From assembly GCA_051047955.1 (NCBI GenBank), contig JBPGPT010000013.1, positions 1 to 64,000 on the forward strand: 64,000 nucleotides of DNA, in the 5' to 3' direction. The notes under the pieces were generated by a model. The model searched no databases. It was not told the DNA's origin and saw only the letters and a program-made list of their open reading frames with translations. The DNA is from Cystobasidiomycetes sp. EMM_F5. Its lineage: Eukaryota. Positions 40,769 to 53,319 of the stretch are shown one piece after another; position 1 is the stretch's first letter, and each line of letters opens with the position of its first letter. Both the position numbers and the translations under genes were made by a program.

Positions 40769-43700
40769 TTAAGCGTTTGCTTTTGACGCGAGGCGCCGCG
40801 TTTCTGCTGGTGTAAAGTGGAGAATGATGCCAAGAACAGACACAAGATGCGGCTGTAATACGCGGCAGTAGCATTAGCGTAGATACGCGGTGAAGCGGTT
40901 CGGATACTTACTCTCATCTCCTTGTGCTCCAAGAATTGCATGATAACGTTGCGTATGTATTCGAAATTGAGCGCGTGCTCGTCACTGATACTGTTGCTAC
41001 TTGGTCTCGACGCATCTGAGCGGGCATACTCGCCATTCTTGGAGTTCGGAACTCCTGTGGCTGTTTCAATACTATCTGAAGCGGTCTTTGCTTCTCTCAA
41101 ATCGCTTCCATTCACGCCCATATTGCGAGTTTGAGAGGTAGGGCCATTGATGGGTGTAATTGGCGGTGATCGCCCGTCCGCAATGGAAGGGGTCGATGCG
41201 CCAGCCATATTGCTGAAGTCTGTCGTTTCGACCTTATCAGCTGCTGCCTACCGTTTTGAGATGTGAAAAAAGACAAAACTCACAGCCCACACCGGGATTG
41301 CGCGAGCGTTCCGACAAGAGCACACCGGACTGAATCTTGCGCAACTCTTCTCGCAATGTCTGTATAAATTCAGCAGTATAGCTTTTAGCACGTTTACATT
41401 GACTAGCTTCACCAAATCACCTTATTGTTTGTCCGCAAAGAAGTCTCCTTGTGCTGTAAGTCCTGATTGCGACTTTCCAGCTCTGCTACCCTACGAGTCT
41501 GATCTGCCAGCAATTCTTGCACTGTGGCCTGTGTACGTTGCACAGACTTAGATGACCGTGAAAGCAATTTCTGACAAGTAGCGTTGCTTACCTCTCCGTC
41601 TTTGCTTCGCGCGGCTTCGCTTTGTGCCTCTGTGAGCAGCATGTCCAAGGCAGCGACCTTTTCCTGCAGTTGTCGAACCAGCGACTCTGCTCTGTCCGTC
41701 CGTAGCTGCCGTTCCTCCCTTCGCTGAGTCTCCTCATTATTCAGAGCATCCCGAGCATCGATTTCTCGTCTCATTCGGTCCACTTCTCGCAGCTTGTCCT
41801 GAAGCTGCTTGGCCATCAGCTCTTCTGCATCGTTTCGTTCGGCTTCCAAAGCGTTGATGCGATCCTCAAAGGCACGGATCTTGTCGGCGTGTCGGCTTTC
41901 TGCGTCTGCGACAGTCTGGCGGACGTGACTCTCTTCGCGACTCTGCTCCAACCGTGCTCGCTTGAAGCCAGCGACCTCCTCCTGCAGCATCGTATTACGG
42001 TCGTGCGATTCTTTCAGCTCATATCGCAGTTCGTCCAAAGCTACTTGTATGCGTTCCTTTTCAGCTACAGCATTTTCGACTTCCGCTTGCCTAAGCTGCG
42101 ACTGCTCAAACAAGCTGCTCTTGTCGTTACGCAGCTCTCGCAGGCCGGCTTCCAATCCAGAGATGCGGTCATCTCGCTGAGATGATTCCCTTGCATGCAC
42201 TGAGCGCACGTTGGCTAGCTCTGACTCGTGCTGACTTCGTCGGGCATTGGCTTCTCGCTCATACGTGCTCCTGATTGATGTAACTTCGCGATCAAAGGAT
42301 CCCCTCAACTTGGTCAATTGCTGTTCCTGAGCGGTACGCATGGCCAGCGTTTCCTGGTCATAGCGTTGCTTCATACCCTTGACCTCCGCAGCGTACTGTT
42401 CCTCGGAGTTTTTGGACGCATCACGCATGATTTCCGCTTCCTCTTTATCCTTTTCCGCCTTGATCAGCTTTTGACGTACGGCTTTCAATAGCGAGATACT
42501 TTTAGCTTTCTTCTCTTCCTCGTCTTTCGACTTGGCTTCAGCTTTGACTGTCGCAGCTTTCGACTCCGCTAAGTCGGTCTGCAGAGACGCAGTCCGTTGT
42601 TGTTCTGACGATAGCTGCTTGCGCAATTCTTCGCTCTGTTTGGAAGCCGTAGCCAGATCTTGCATGCTTTTGAGAAAGGTCTCCAAGGCTTCCGTGTCGG
42701 AAATACTTCGCACTGCAGTGTATTGACGCAACAGCTTGTCGACAGCCACCTTGTCAGCTTGTAAACGCTTATATACAGGCAAGATCTCTGTGTGAAGTAC
42801 TTGGCTTAAGCCTGCTGGATGTGTCATCGTCAAGAATAGAGTGCCTTACCATTGAGGCGTTCTGCCTCCTTCGAAGGTGTAGCAGTCTCTGACTCCAATG
42901 GCGACTGAGTGGGTGCGCCAGTAGCAACAGCCGGCGCGAGATGACTAGGTGATGGTGGTCTCTCCTCTTCTATGGATTTCCTAGGCAGTGGTGACGTCGC
43001 ACGTGCCACTCGAGCCAGTCTATCCGCTAGCGAGATGCCTTTTTTAACGGGAGAGGATGCTGGAGAGGCGGCGATCGGCGCAACAATGGAAGGCTCTTGT
43101 CGCGGAGCAGCCGGAGATGGAGCCCGGATGATCTGTGGAGCGACAGGCTTCATAATCAATTGTGAGGCTTGGATGGATGGTTTCGCTATGCCACCAGGTC
43201 CCTGTCCCGGGGGAGACATGGCGGATACTCCTGCAGAAGCTTCCGACGAGAGACTCGAGGCAGATAGTGGATCATTCTGCGCAATGACACGCTCGCTTGT
43301 TGTTGCGGCTCTCTGTACAGTAGTAGCATCATGGTCTGCTGCTTGTGCTGAACGCAGAGATGTTTCAGTGGCCATGTTGACATCGGCTTGTGTGACATCC
43401 ATGGTCCTTTCATGTGATTGATTAGCGGCCGTGTCAAATGTTGGTTGGATGTGGCTAGTGTCTAATTCTCTCGCCAACGGATCTTCTGTCTTTACGGTTG
43501 TCGTTTCGGTATCATTGACAATCGGCAATAAATCTTCTGTCTTGACGGTTATCGCTCCAGTATCATTCACTGAACTGATGTCGACTTCAGACTCGGCATT
43601 TGAGGAAGGATCTGTATTCTCCACTTCCCTAACGCCCTCCTCGACGGGCAGATTTGCGTAAGCAGCTGTCGGTGTGTGAACAACGGAAGGAGCATTTGAC

Positions 43701-44884
43701 GGAGGTTCATCGGCCTCAGCAAGGATGTGTTGCATGAGCGATGGCATAGGCTCGGCTAGCGGTGAGCGGATATTAGGTGGAGTAGCTACCCTAGCTGGAG
43801 GGATTGTGAAGAAGCCGCCAGCAGGAGCAGATGCAGGTCTGAAGCTGCCCATCGACGCACTCCGACCGTGAACTGCTATCCGAGACGAGGGTGTGCCAAT
43901 TCCCAGCCCTGCCATTTTCGCCTCGCTCTTCTTCAGGCCTGTCCCACTCAGCTCTGCATCAATCTGGTCGAGCTCTTCATCTTCGTCTTCTTTGGGCAGG
44001 GGTGTGAATGCGGCTTGCTTGAGCTCGTCAGGTAGACCTTGAAGGGATGCAAAGAAGAAAGGGTCTTGCTGGTGCATTGTGTGTGGACTGAAGGGACCGG
44101 TAAGACTGTCAAATCCAGAAACTCCGGATATCGATGCAGCACGGGCACTGTTTCGCCTCTTTAGACGTGATCCTCCACTCCCAGCTGGGCTGCCGTACGT
44201 ATCATTACGCGCAATACCGGCCAAGAATTGGCGATTGTTACTGTATACCGAGCCAGGCGACGATACCGGCAGTGCCGCCCCGGGGAAGGGGATAGCAGGC
44301 CACTCGGAAGAGTCTCGCGACGGAGTGCTAGGACTGACGAGGGTGGAAGCCGAAGGTGCATTGATGTTTAGATCTAGCGAGTTTACGAGGTTGTCGAGGT
44401 TTCCTAGCGTCCCAGAGAGGGATCTTTTGAGATTGGATAGCTTGAATGAAGGAAAGCTGTCGATACCGCTACCGCTACCGCTGCCATTCTGGTCGCGATA
44501 CTGTCTGTTGCCAAGTCCCCCGGGCGACGCTGCTGGAGGTCCGGCTGATGTTTTTGGCCTGTCTGGAGTGACTGACGGCGTTGGTTTACTAGATGGCAGT
44601 GATTCTGCTGATGCGGATGCAGCGTTGGCGCTTCTCGTCAGCTGTCCGTCGTTGATATCACTGTTGCCCAGCTCCAAAGTCGACGCTGATCCGGCATTTC
44701 GAGCTCCCTCGACACTCTCGAGCTGGCGAGCTGCTCCCGACGGTCTCGCAGTCCTCGACGGGCTCGACAGAAAACTATCGCTCGACGTCCTGCCCGTCTG
44801 CTGGAAGACGGCCTGGCGGTTGCGGCCTTGCTGCTCGAGCTCGTCTAGTGACGATTCGACAAAGCGAGCAATGCTGCTAAACAT
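40769..44884 (-). CDS. GRIP-domain golgin (Imh1/golgin-97-like coiled-coil tether)
   Basis: Disordered N-terminus and long coiled coil (41409-42833). C-terminal LNFEYIRNVIMQFLEHKEMR/PHLVSVLGIILHFTPAETRRL is a GRIP domain. Confidence 0.88.
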
Positions 44885-44989
44885 CCTAGCATGTCGTGGG
44901 TGGGCAGCAGTCCTGGGTCAGGTCTGGGCCGACATGCTTTGGTTGGAAGGGTTCTGAATGTGGGGACACTCTACAACAACAACAACCTA

Positions 44990-46761
44990 TCAGACATCAA
45001 AGGGGAACCGCTTGCGCTTCAAGGTGCGACTAGTAGTGTGCGCCGATAGAAAGGCGTGCCGCGAGACCGCGTCGTTGGCAGTGTGCCACTTGCGAAACGA
45101 CACATCGCACGACGCGTAAGGCACCCTCGACAGGACACACTCGTCGTCCGCTACAGTCCACATGTACCCACTCAGGTGTCGCAGTCGTTCCTTCTCTGGC
45201 CGAGTCAGTGGTTCGCCCGACGTCTGCTGTCGAAGGAGCAGGCCCGCAAGCTCAACAGCAATCTTGCGAGAGTTTGAGCAAACAAAAGTCAGATCATCCA
45301 GCTGTTGAGCAGTGAGAAGTGTGTCGAGCTGTTCACTGTCCCAATCATCTGCAAACAGCTGCGCTGGCAGAGGCTTGCTCGAGAGCCGCTTGTTTGTCTT
45401 CTGCGGAGCTGTGTCTGGCGCGGATGTAGTGGCGTTTGGTATACCAATTGTAGTACGTTGATCGAACGTAGAGGCAATTGAGGGCTCGGCGGACCTGCTT
45501 GTTGTAACCATTGGTCGAGGAGCTCCGGAGGTACTGGCCGTAGCAGATAGCATTGCCGCCTGTGTAGCATTATAGCTTCTTCTCTCAACGGGCACTCGCT
45601 GTTGGTTCTCGGTGATAGACGCGTCTTTCTCGCGCCGTCCTTCTTCTGGCTCCGGAGAAGTGTCTAAGAAGTCTGTCATTCGCTTTCGCTTACGCTTGAT
45701 GTTCACAGTAAAAGCACCCGCTGGTTCCTGAAACGCGGCCGGTACCTGTGTTGCCTTGGAAAGAGGCATTGTGCTTGCAGCGCGGGCGTTGTTGGTCGGC
45801 TCTGCATCCACAGGTGCTTCGAGACCGTCCGTGATCTGATCATCGTGCGTAGAGGTGGGAGCACTCAATCTCTTGCGAGCAACCTGGCTGCTCGTGCCAA
45901 ATTCCAACTCTTTGAAGCGGGGCGGTCGAGGTGGAGCAGCTGCTGCAGAGGACTTTTGCGGTATGTTGCTGGTGGATACGGCCGGCTGCACATTGGCAGG
46001 TTGCGCGGCGTTATGGTTGCGGGCGGAACGATTAGTCGGTAGCGACCGAGGTCTTTCGTCTTCACTGGTACTGAATGGATCTTCCAATTCATCCCTCCTG
46101 CTCTGAACCAGCTTTTCGTACTTTTCCAGGTCTCTCGTCAGACGGCGTTCATTCTTCTTGTATCGCTCGCGGTACGACTGCCAGGAATGGCGGGGATATC
46201 GCTTCTCCATTTGGATGTAGACCGCATTGCCCGTCCTGCCCATCTCTGGATTCCGAACGAGAAACTTGACGAGGTTGTAGTCGTCTCGAGGAGTATACTC
46301 TGTTCGTTGTCCGCGCCGAATTGGAGACTTTGGATCCACGACCTCATACTCCATATAGTCGAGACGTTCTTCGGCTTGAAGACAGTCGAATATCCATCGG
46401 ACTGCACGAGGCTGCCATCAGCTTCTGTGAATAAACATACTATGCAGATGCAACCCGCTCTTGAGAATGAGAATGTCCTCGTTCTGCTTGCGTACATCAG
46501 TCCATACTTTGTACAGGTCAGAGGCCGTCTCGTCGACCAGAGCATACAGGCAGTCGGCAGCCGATTCGACGCATGCTTGACCGCCCAGCGTCTGGATAAT
46601 ACGACAGCCAGAACGTCACCCCATCAATAGCATGCCCCGCCGTCTGATAGCCCAGCCAAACGCACGCGTATAGCTCGGACAGCCTTGTCGCGTTTCGGCC
46701 CTCTGGCTACCCAAATGCGCAGCGGTCTGCCAGACTTGTTGCCGCGCAGTATGCTGTCCAT
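44990..46761 (-). CDS. RAP1: Telomere-binding protein Rap1/TERF2IP (BRCT, Myb, putative C-terminal RCT domain)
   Basis: Spliced N-terminal BRCT-like segment (TLGGQ...RWIFDCLQAEERLD), Rap1-type Myb RTEYTPRDDYNLVKFL...GNAVYIQMEKRYPRHSWQSYRERYKK, and C-terminal GYMWTVADDECV...RHAFL. Confidence 0.8.
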
Positions 46762-46867
46762 GGTGCTGGTGGGCGCATAGCTATGTTACATTGTCATGGT
46801 TTTCGATATTGTCCCCGGTTGAACGATATCCAAGCTGCTCGAGCTCAGTTCTGATCCAACCACGCCA

Positions 46868-48931
46868 ATGTCGGGCAACGCAGTCCAGCGATGGCTTCAA
46901 TCTGTGCTGGGGCCAGTGAGTGCTGGCCAGTCCAGAATGTGCGGAAATGCTGATTTGGCATACAAAAGTATCGCTATCGCCAAGAAACGTACGCCGACGT
47001 CGACCGGACCCTGCTGGCTTTTCCGTCTCTGCTGCCTCGTACAGACTCGTACAGTGGGTCAACATCCCCGCCAGTCCAAGTCCCAGCTCATTTAGTCGAT
47101 TATCGCAGCCTATGACGATGGCAGGACTGTCCTGCTGCTGACCCTTCAGGGAACCATTCCAATCACATTTCGTGGAGCAACGTACAATATTCCAGTAGCT
47201 CTCTGGATGCCGCACGACTTTCCGAAAGAAGCGCCGATAGCATACGTGACTCCAACTTCGAGCATGCTCGTACGCCCGTCGCGTACAGTCGAAGTTAGCG
47301 GACTGTGCAAAGGCGAATATCTAGAGGCTTGGGCCAGAAAGTCCGAGGTGTGCAGCGTGCCTGCTTTCGCATTCTCAATACTAAGTTTGCCTATTCCTAC
47401 GCAGGGCCGCAATCTACTCGAACTGATAGAGACATTACAGTCAATATTCTCACAAGAGCCACCGTTATATGCTAAACCTACGCAACAGCAGCATCAACAG
47501 CAACAGCAACATCCCCAAAGAACAGACTCAACTTCCTCGTTTGCCTCGACCTCTACTCTACGACCGCCACCACCCGCTCCAACACCTTCCTCAAACCACG
47601 CTTCTCCGTACGATCAGGGCACAGCTTCCTCTCAATACCAAGACACACGGTCAAACACACTATCGCCAGCTCTTCCCGTCAAGCCAGCGATACATTCGGC
47701 AACTTCGATAGGTCCGAGTAGACCCCCTCGACCGGCTTCAACAAATACAAGTCTGGATTACAGAAACAGCTTCTCTTCTCCGTCTTCGTCTTCTGCTTTA
47801 TCACCTGGACGGCAGAATTCCGTACCCCAGTCACCGCATGGTGCGAACGGATATGATTCGCTACCAAACGGCAGTATATCAAGGTCGACAAGCCTGACCA
47901 GTCGGCTCGAGGGCCAGCCTCGGCAAACGTTGCAAGGATATCAACATGCACTACCAGGAAGAGAGGTGCATCTTCCTTCGCAGTCAGGACAACGCGACAG
48001 CCCCGGTGCAGGGCACGCGCACGCATATTCACAAGGACAATATCCGCCTAATGCAGCGTCGCCGATTCCGTACGTCCAGACAGATGCTTCGCGGCATCCA
48101 AATCTCCAACAGGCTGCATTAGCTCCCCAAGCTCTGCAAACACCTCAGCCGATTATCCCACCTCGTCCAGCAGATTTTCGGCCCTCCAGCTCAATTTTGA
48201 CACAACACGCTCATGTGCTGAGTACGCCAATCAATATTCTCGATGCCGACGAACCTTCTCCATCCGCTTCGGGATCATCAACGCCCGCTCCCCCGCGACC
48301 TGTCAACCCTGAAATGCTGAATCTACGGCGAGCGTTATATGCACAGATCACCTTCCATCTCTCGGCACTGCATGCGCATCTTGCGGCCGATAACGCGAAT
48401 CTCGAGATGCTGCATCAGGACCTGCTCAAAGGCGAGCCGGCTATCACGGATGAGATGGCAAGACTAGAGGCAGTGCGCGATGTATGCGGTAACGTCAGGG
48501 ATAGGATGAGGAGCATCGTTGATCAGGTCGAGCGCAATACCCTAGAACTCAACGAAAGGCCAGAACCAGATGTGGATGAGCTCGTCTGCGGGACAAACAT
48601 TGTCCACAATCAGTAGGCTGTCGGCTACAGACACACAAAACATTGCGCTGATATTCGTTTGTGTCCAGATTACTGGACCTGGTAGCGGAAGACAATGCTT
48701 TGGAGGACACGATATATCATTTAGGAAGGGCTTTCAATGCCGATGCAAGAACTGCGGAAGAGCTTGAGCGTTTCTTGAAGGTCAGAAACACGATTGTGCT
48801 CTGTGAAGCGATGTTTGGGCTGACACCCTGCGCACCAGAGAACACGTTTGCTATCTCGCGAGCAGTTCATGCGGAGATCTTTGATAAACAAGATATTGCT
48901 GGAATTGGCACTGGCTAGAGCACAGCGTTGA
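46868..48931 (+). CDS. VPS23: ESCRT-I subunit Vps23/TSG101 (UEV, Pro-rich region, coiled coil, steadiness box)
   Basis: YDDGRTVLLLTLQGTIPITFRGATYNIPVALWMPHDFPKEAPIAYVTPT (UEV) and NQLLDLVAEDNALEDTIYHLGRA...FLK/RTRLLSREQFMRRSL (steadiness box). Confidence 0.95.
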
Positions 48932-49064
48932 TAGCGATATTTTTGTTCAGAAGGCTACACGAACATCACTTATCCTGTTCTTGTTGAACATCACTTCTCC
49001 TGCTGTCGTCTTCGTCATTGTACTGTCAATTTCACAACATTTCACGCATGGATTCAGATAAACT

Positions 49065-49968
49065 TCAGGTAATGACTAGATGTGTACTATAACCGTCCCA
49101 GCCCTTGCCATTCACGACTTGAACGGCAGACGAAATGACTCGCACTTCTTTGCCTGCAAGCTGGAGGAATTTGCGCACTCCGAGCACTCTCCTGCAACGA
49201 GTTTATGTAGATTTAGCACGATGATTTGCAGTCCCCGCGCCGCGACTCTGCTCACGAATCTTGATTGTCTGGATCTGCGATGCCGCCTTGTCGAATAACA
49301 TTGTCTGCAATGATAAGAGTACCCTTCTTTGACAATTTTAGCGCAGCGCGCCAGTAGTCACAGTAGGCTGTGGGAAGATGACAGTGCGTCAAGAGAAATT
49401 TATGACGGTCCAAGGACAATCCACCCCTACATTCCTTGTCAGCATCAATGAAGATGAAGTCGTAAATTTTGCCGTCCGTGATCAGGCCCTGTACTAGCTC
49501 TCTCGCATCTCCAACGAGCACGTCGACCGTATCCTGGAGCCCCGCCTTTTCCAGATTCCTTCGCGCGACTTGCGCGTGCTTGTCGACGTACTCCAACGTT
49601 GTAACACGGCCACCAGATTCCTTCGCAGCTCGGCCTAGAAAGATGGTGCTGTAGCCTGCGAGTGTCCCAATTTCGAGGATATTAACAGGCCTGCTTCCCA
49701 TCTGACTCTGCATTGAGGCCAGCTGGTACAAGAGCGTTCCTGCGGGACAGTAACTTATCAGAGCCATGCAGAACATAGCCCAACCTTCACACATCAGCGC
49801 ACCATTCAACGGCGACACGTTAATCGCTGGCATGTCTTCAGACTTGTGCGACTGGAGTGCCGACTCGAGCGCGTCATCAGGCCGGATAAACAAGTCTTGG
49901 AGAAAGGCATCCGTATGCTCCCAGGCAGGGTTAACGTGACGGTCAATGTCATACTTGTAAGTCGCCAT
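49065..49968 (-). CDS. O-methyltransferase, Methyltransf_3 (COMT/CCoAOMT-like, cation-dependent)
   Basis: ILEIGTLAGYSTI, YDFIFIDADK and LIIADNV motifs. The spliced last exon RVLGVRKFLQ...VQVVNGKGWDGY ends at 49065. Three short introns. Confidence 0.9.
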
Positions 49969-50369
49969 GTTGGTCAGTTATCAACGGAGAGAAACGAAAT
50001 ATAGACAGGGCTTCAGGCCGGCTGAACAAAATCGACTGGCTACGGCTATCACACCCTGCTCATACTCGTGCGTCAATTTAAGTTTCATTTCGAGACAACG
50101 TATAGGCAACTGGCTACGCTTGAGCAGATAGCTTCCTACTCGACAATGCGGTAGCATAGTTCGAAATAAAACGTCAAGAAGGATAGTTCGACATACCCGT
50201 TCCCCAAATATCTCTAAAATACGGCATCGATTCTTATCCGTGCCACACCAAGAACTCCTTCCGCATTTTTGTCATCTCTGCTCCGTCACTTGATCGTCAT
50301 CCAGTACTTTACCATTACCCATAGCAGATTTTCTTGAGCGTCAATAAAAACACAGACCCTTCGCGACGT

Positions 50370-52254
50370 TCATGGCGAGAGGTGGGTATTGCGCTTGAGA
50401 AAGCCCGACCAGACCCAAGCAGAGATACCAGCGACGGCGGTAAGTGCCAAAGAGATACCGTATCCCATCAGGTATTCCGGTCCGTCTGCAGCTGGGAACA
50501 TGAATTGCGTAATAGGCGCTCCGATTTGAGGAATGGAGTAGATGAGTGCTGCAGCTACTGCTCGCTGGACTGGTCCAGAAACATTCTCGGTGCCCCAAAC
50601 GATCATCAATGGGAACATCGTGTTGAGGCCGGCGCAAGTGAAGAGCAGACCTTGGTAATTCAGGACGGTGTTCGTGTTGGAGATGAGGAGAATGTAGCCG
50701 AGGAGAGCAATGATGGATGCAATAGTAACGTACAGTCCGCGGCGACGGAGCTTGTCAGAGTAGTAGCCGGAGGCGATGCATACTGCTAGTGCAACGCAGT
50801 ACGGAGGAATATTGACAATCAATTGCTGGCGTGGCGAGAGGGGAATGTCATTGACACGCATGTTGGCAATGACGAGCAGGCAGAACGTGCCATAATTTCC
50901 AAGAGGAATACCGACGATAGTGTTGATGAGCCTGCAATGCATTCGTTAGATGCATACAGCCTGGTAGAGTAAAGACTCTTGCTTACACAAACACCCAAAC
51001 ATTGTAGTTCTTGAAGACGGACAAGACACTGCCGACAACGCTCTTGTCCTCACCATAATCCTGACGCGACTCTGCAACCTGCTCAATGAGAGTCTCCTTT
51101 TGCTCGGCAGACAGGAACCAAGCGCCTTGCGGCAGCTCAGGAATGAGCCAGTAGGAAGCGATAGCGAGCACGACTGTCAGGAGGCCGTACTGTTGAGCGC
51201 AATATTGTCAGCTAATATGCAATAAACTGAACTGGTCAACAAGTCCACTCACAGTGACTGCGTAGCAATGGATCGCAAGTAATCCCGCACATCAGCAAAT
51301 GACATTGAAGCTATGATACGTATTACTCACTGAAGATGATGACCCAACCAGACAGGCCGGAAAGGCCATCCGTACCGAGATTGAACATGTAGGCCAAGAT
51401 GTAGGATGCACTACCAATCACGATGCCTACGGCCCAGACGATAGCCACGCGCAAGGCAGTCTGGTACTTGGTATAGTAATGCATGAGGTATATGACAATA
51501 CCCGGGAAGCTGGTCGTCGACCCACATCAGTACCAGACGGCCCGGTCTGCATTTCCACTTACAAGCCAGCCTCGAAGATGCCCCAGAATACACGAACGGG
51601 GTACACTGCCCAAGTCTGCCCCACAATGCTTAGTTAGCTTGCTGCAAACTCGGTAGGAGGGGAATTTCCACCCACATGCTTAACAGCAGCAAAGCCACAA
51701 GCAATGACACCAATCATGAACAGACAGAAGGGTAGCCATACTCTGGCCTTGACGACACGTTCTTGGATGAGTACCGAAGGAACAGAGCAACCAATGAAGA
51801 AGAGATAGTAGACTGCGGTAGTACCATCGGTATCGTTCTTCTCAAAGGTCAAGTCAGGCGCGCCAGCCGGTAGGGCTCCAGCCCCTGTCATCGAGAGCCA
51901 TACACTATTAGTTGTCCGAATTTGTCACGTCAAAACAGCCCACTCACCGACATTGTTCTTCCAGAAGAAGGACAGGAGGAAGAGGATGCCGAGCCAGACG
52001 GAAAGATAATCGCTTTAAGGGACGAGACGTGAGCGCTATGCCTTGACACTGTGTATATATCTGACATACACGATGCGAGTAGGTGATGAGTGCGCCGCAG
52101 AGATTGTACCGCTCTCATTGCCTTCCTTGTGATCGCGGTCAGACGTAGCCTTGGTATTGACTCTGGTAGCATCTTCTGGCCTGTTGGTCTCTACCCGGAC
52201 TGGCAGGTCTGCCTGAGACTCGGACTTGTGCGAAGCGGACTCGATGTCTGCCAT
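50370..52254 (-). CDS. MFS transporter, anion:cation symporter (Dal5/Tna1-like) family
   Basis: RVFLGIFEAG/FPG, YWLIPELPQGAWFLSAEQK, NIPPYCVA and SDKLRRRG. About 12 hydrophobic segments across many short exons. Confidence 0.85.
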
Positions 52255-53319
52255 TTTAACGCGAATGAGCTAGAGTGTTGAACTAGGTCTCAGTATAATG
52301 CTGGATCAGAATAGTTTGTGCGAGCGTACAGTAGCGTGAGACGTATGTGCAGCTGTCGTGGGTGAGCTCGAGCCTGTCGTGAGGATGGATGATTGACAAA
52401 GACGACGATGGGAAATATCGAGATGCAAACCAGAATTTGGCGCGCAGAGACGGTGTGAACACGAAGAAAGAGAGAGCGGGAGAGTGCGAAATTTCTCAAT
52501 TTAAAGGCTCGCCCTTCCCCCTTTTACCCCTGCGACTACACTCCTGTAAGCCGGCCTAGCATCGGATCATTTTATGCAAGGTTCCGTCGTGAACTGCACA
52601 GTTGGCGCTAAGCTCTCGCATTGATCCTCCGTGGCCTTCTCAACGGATTCCGAACCATGTAAAACGTCTTCTGGGAATCCTGACATGAGACACGGAACAG
52701 CCAGGCCCAGTCGGCGGAGATGGATTATGCGCGTAAAGAGGGCTGGAGATGTGCTGAGTCGCTGACGATGATGGTGATGAAGATGATGTCGTTGCATAAG
52801 TACGATACAATGGGTGATGCTTTACTCCCCATTCCGCCCTCTTCAACTTCTTCGAGCCTGAGGCCACTCCTCGACTTGTACACATGGCCTCTGGGGAATG
52901 TCTCTGGGCGCAGGGACCACTCTTTCTTCATTCGCAACTGCGCCCGTTAGCTTCGCATCTCCCCGCTGAAACGGATCTGTCCGCGCGCACTAACCTCGGA
53001 GCCAGCTACTGAGGAATCCTCTGCAGCTGAGGTCATAACCCCTCAAAATCTCCAGGGATACCGCTGATAGCGTCAGCTCATGCCGTAACACATATTCCAA
53101 GGCGGTTGTGGAGGGTACGACCGGGGAGAGCGGGTAAAGTGCCTAGACGTCGGACACCTTCGCAAGTGGCGTCCAGAGTGACGCCCCAACGCCTCTTGTG
53201 GGACTGCGCGTAGCAATCATGTGCGGGTCGAAGTGCTCCTGCTTACGGTGTGGTTGTGAATCGGGCACGCCAACCATCGGAGGATTTGCCGTAAGTACGG
53301 CCATCGCAAATCCCGTGTT

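Noticed and set aside
44079..44957. 292-aa antisense ORF and similar shadow ORFs elsewhere
   Set aside because: They lie opposite well-supported genes and are expected from codon bias at this GC content.
53278..53291. CGG-N8-CCG Zn2Cys6-like site between the MFS genes
   Set aside because: A single short motif expected by chance, and no Zn2Cys6 regulator is in the window.
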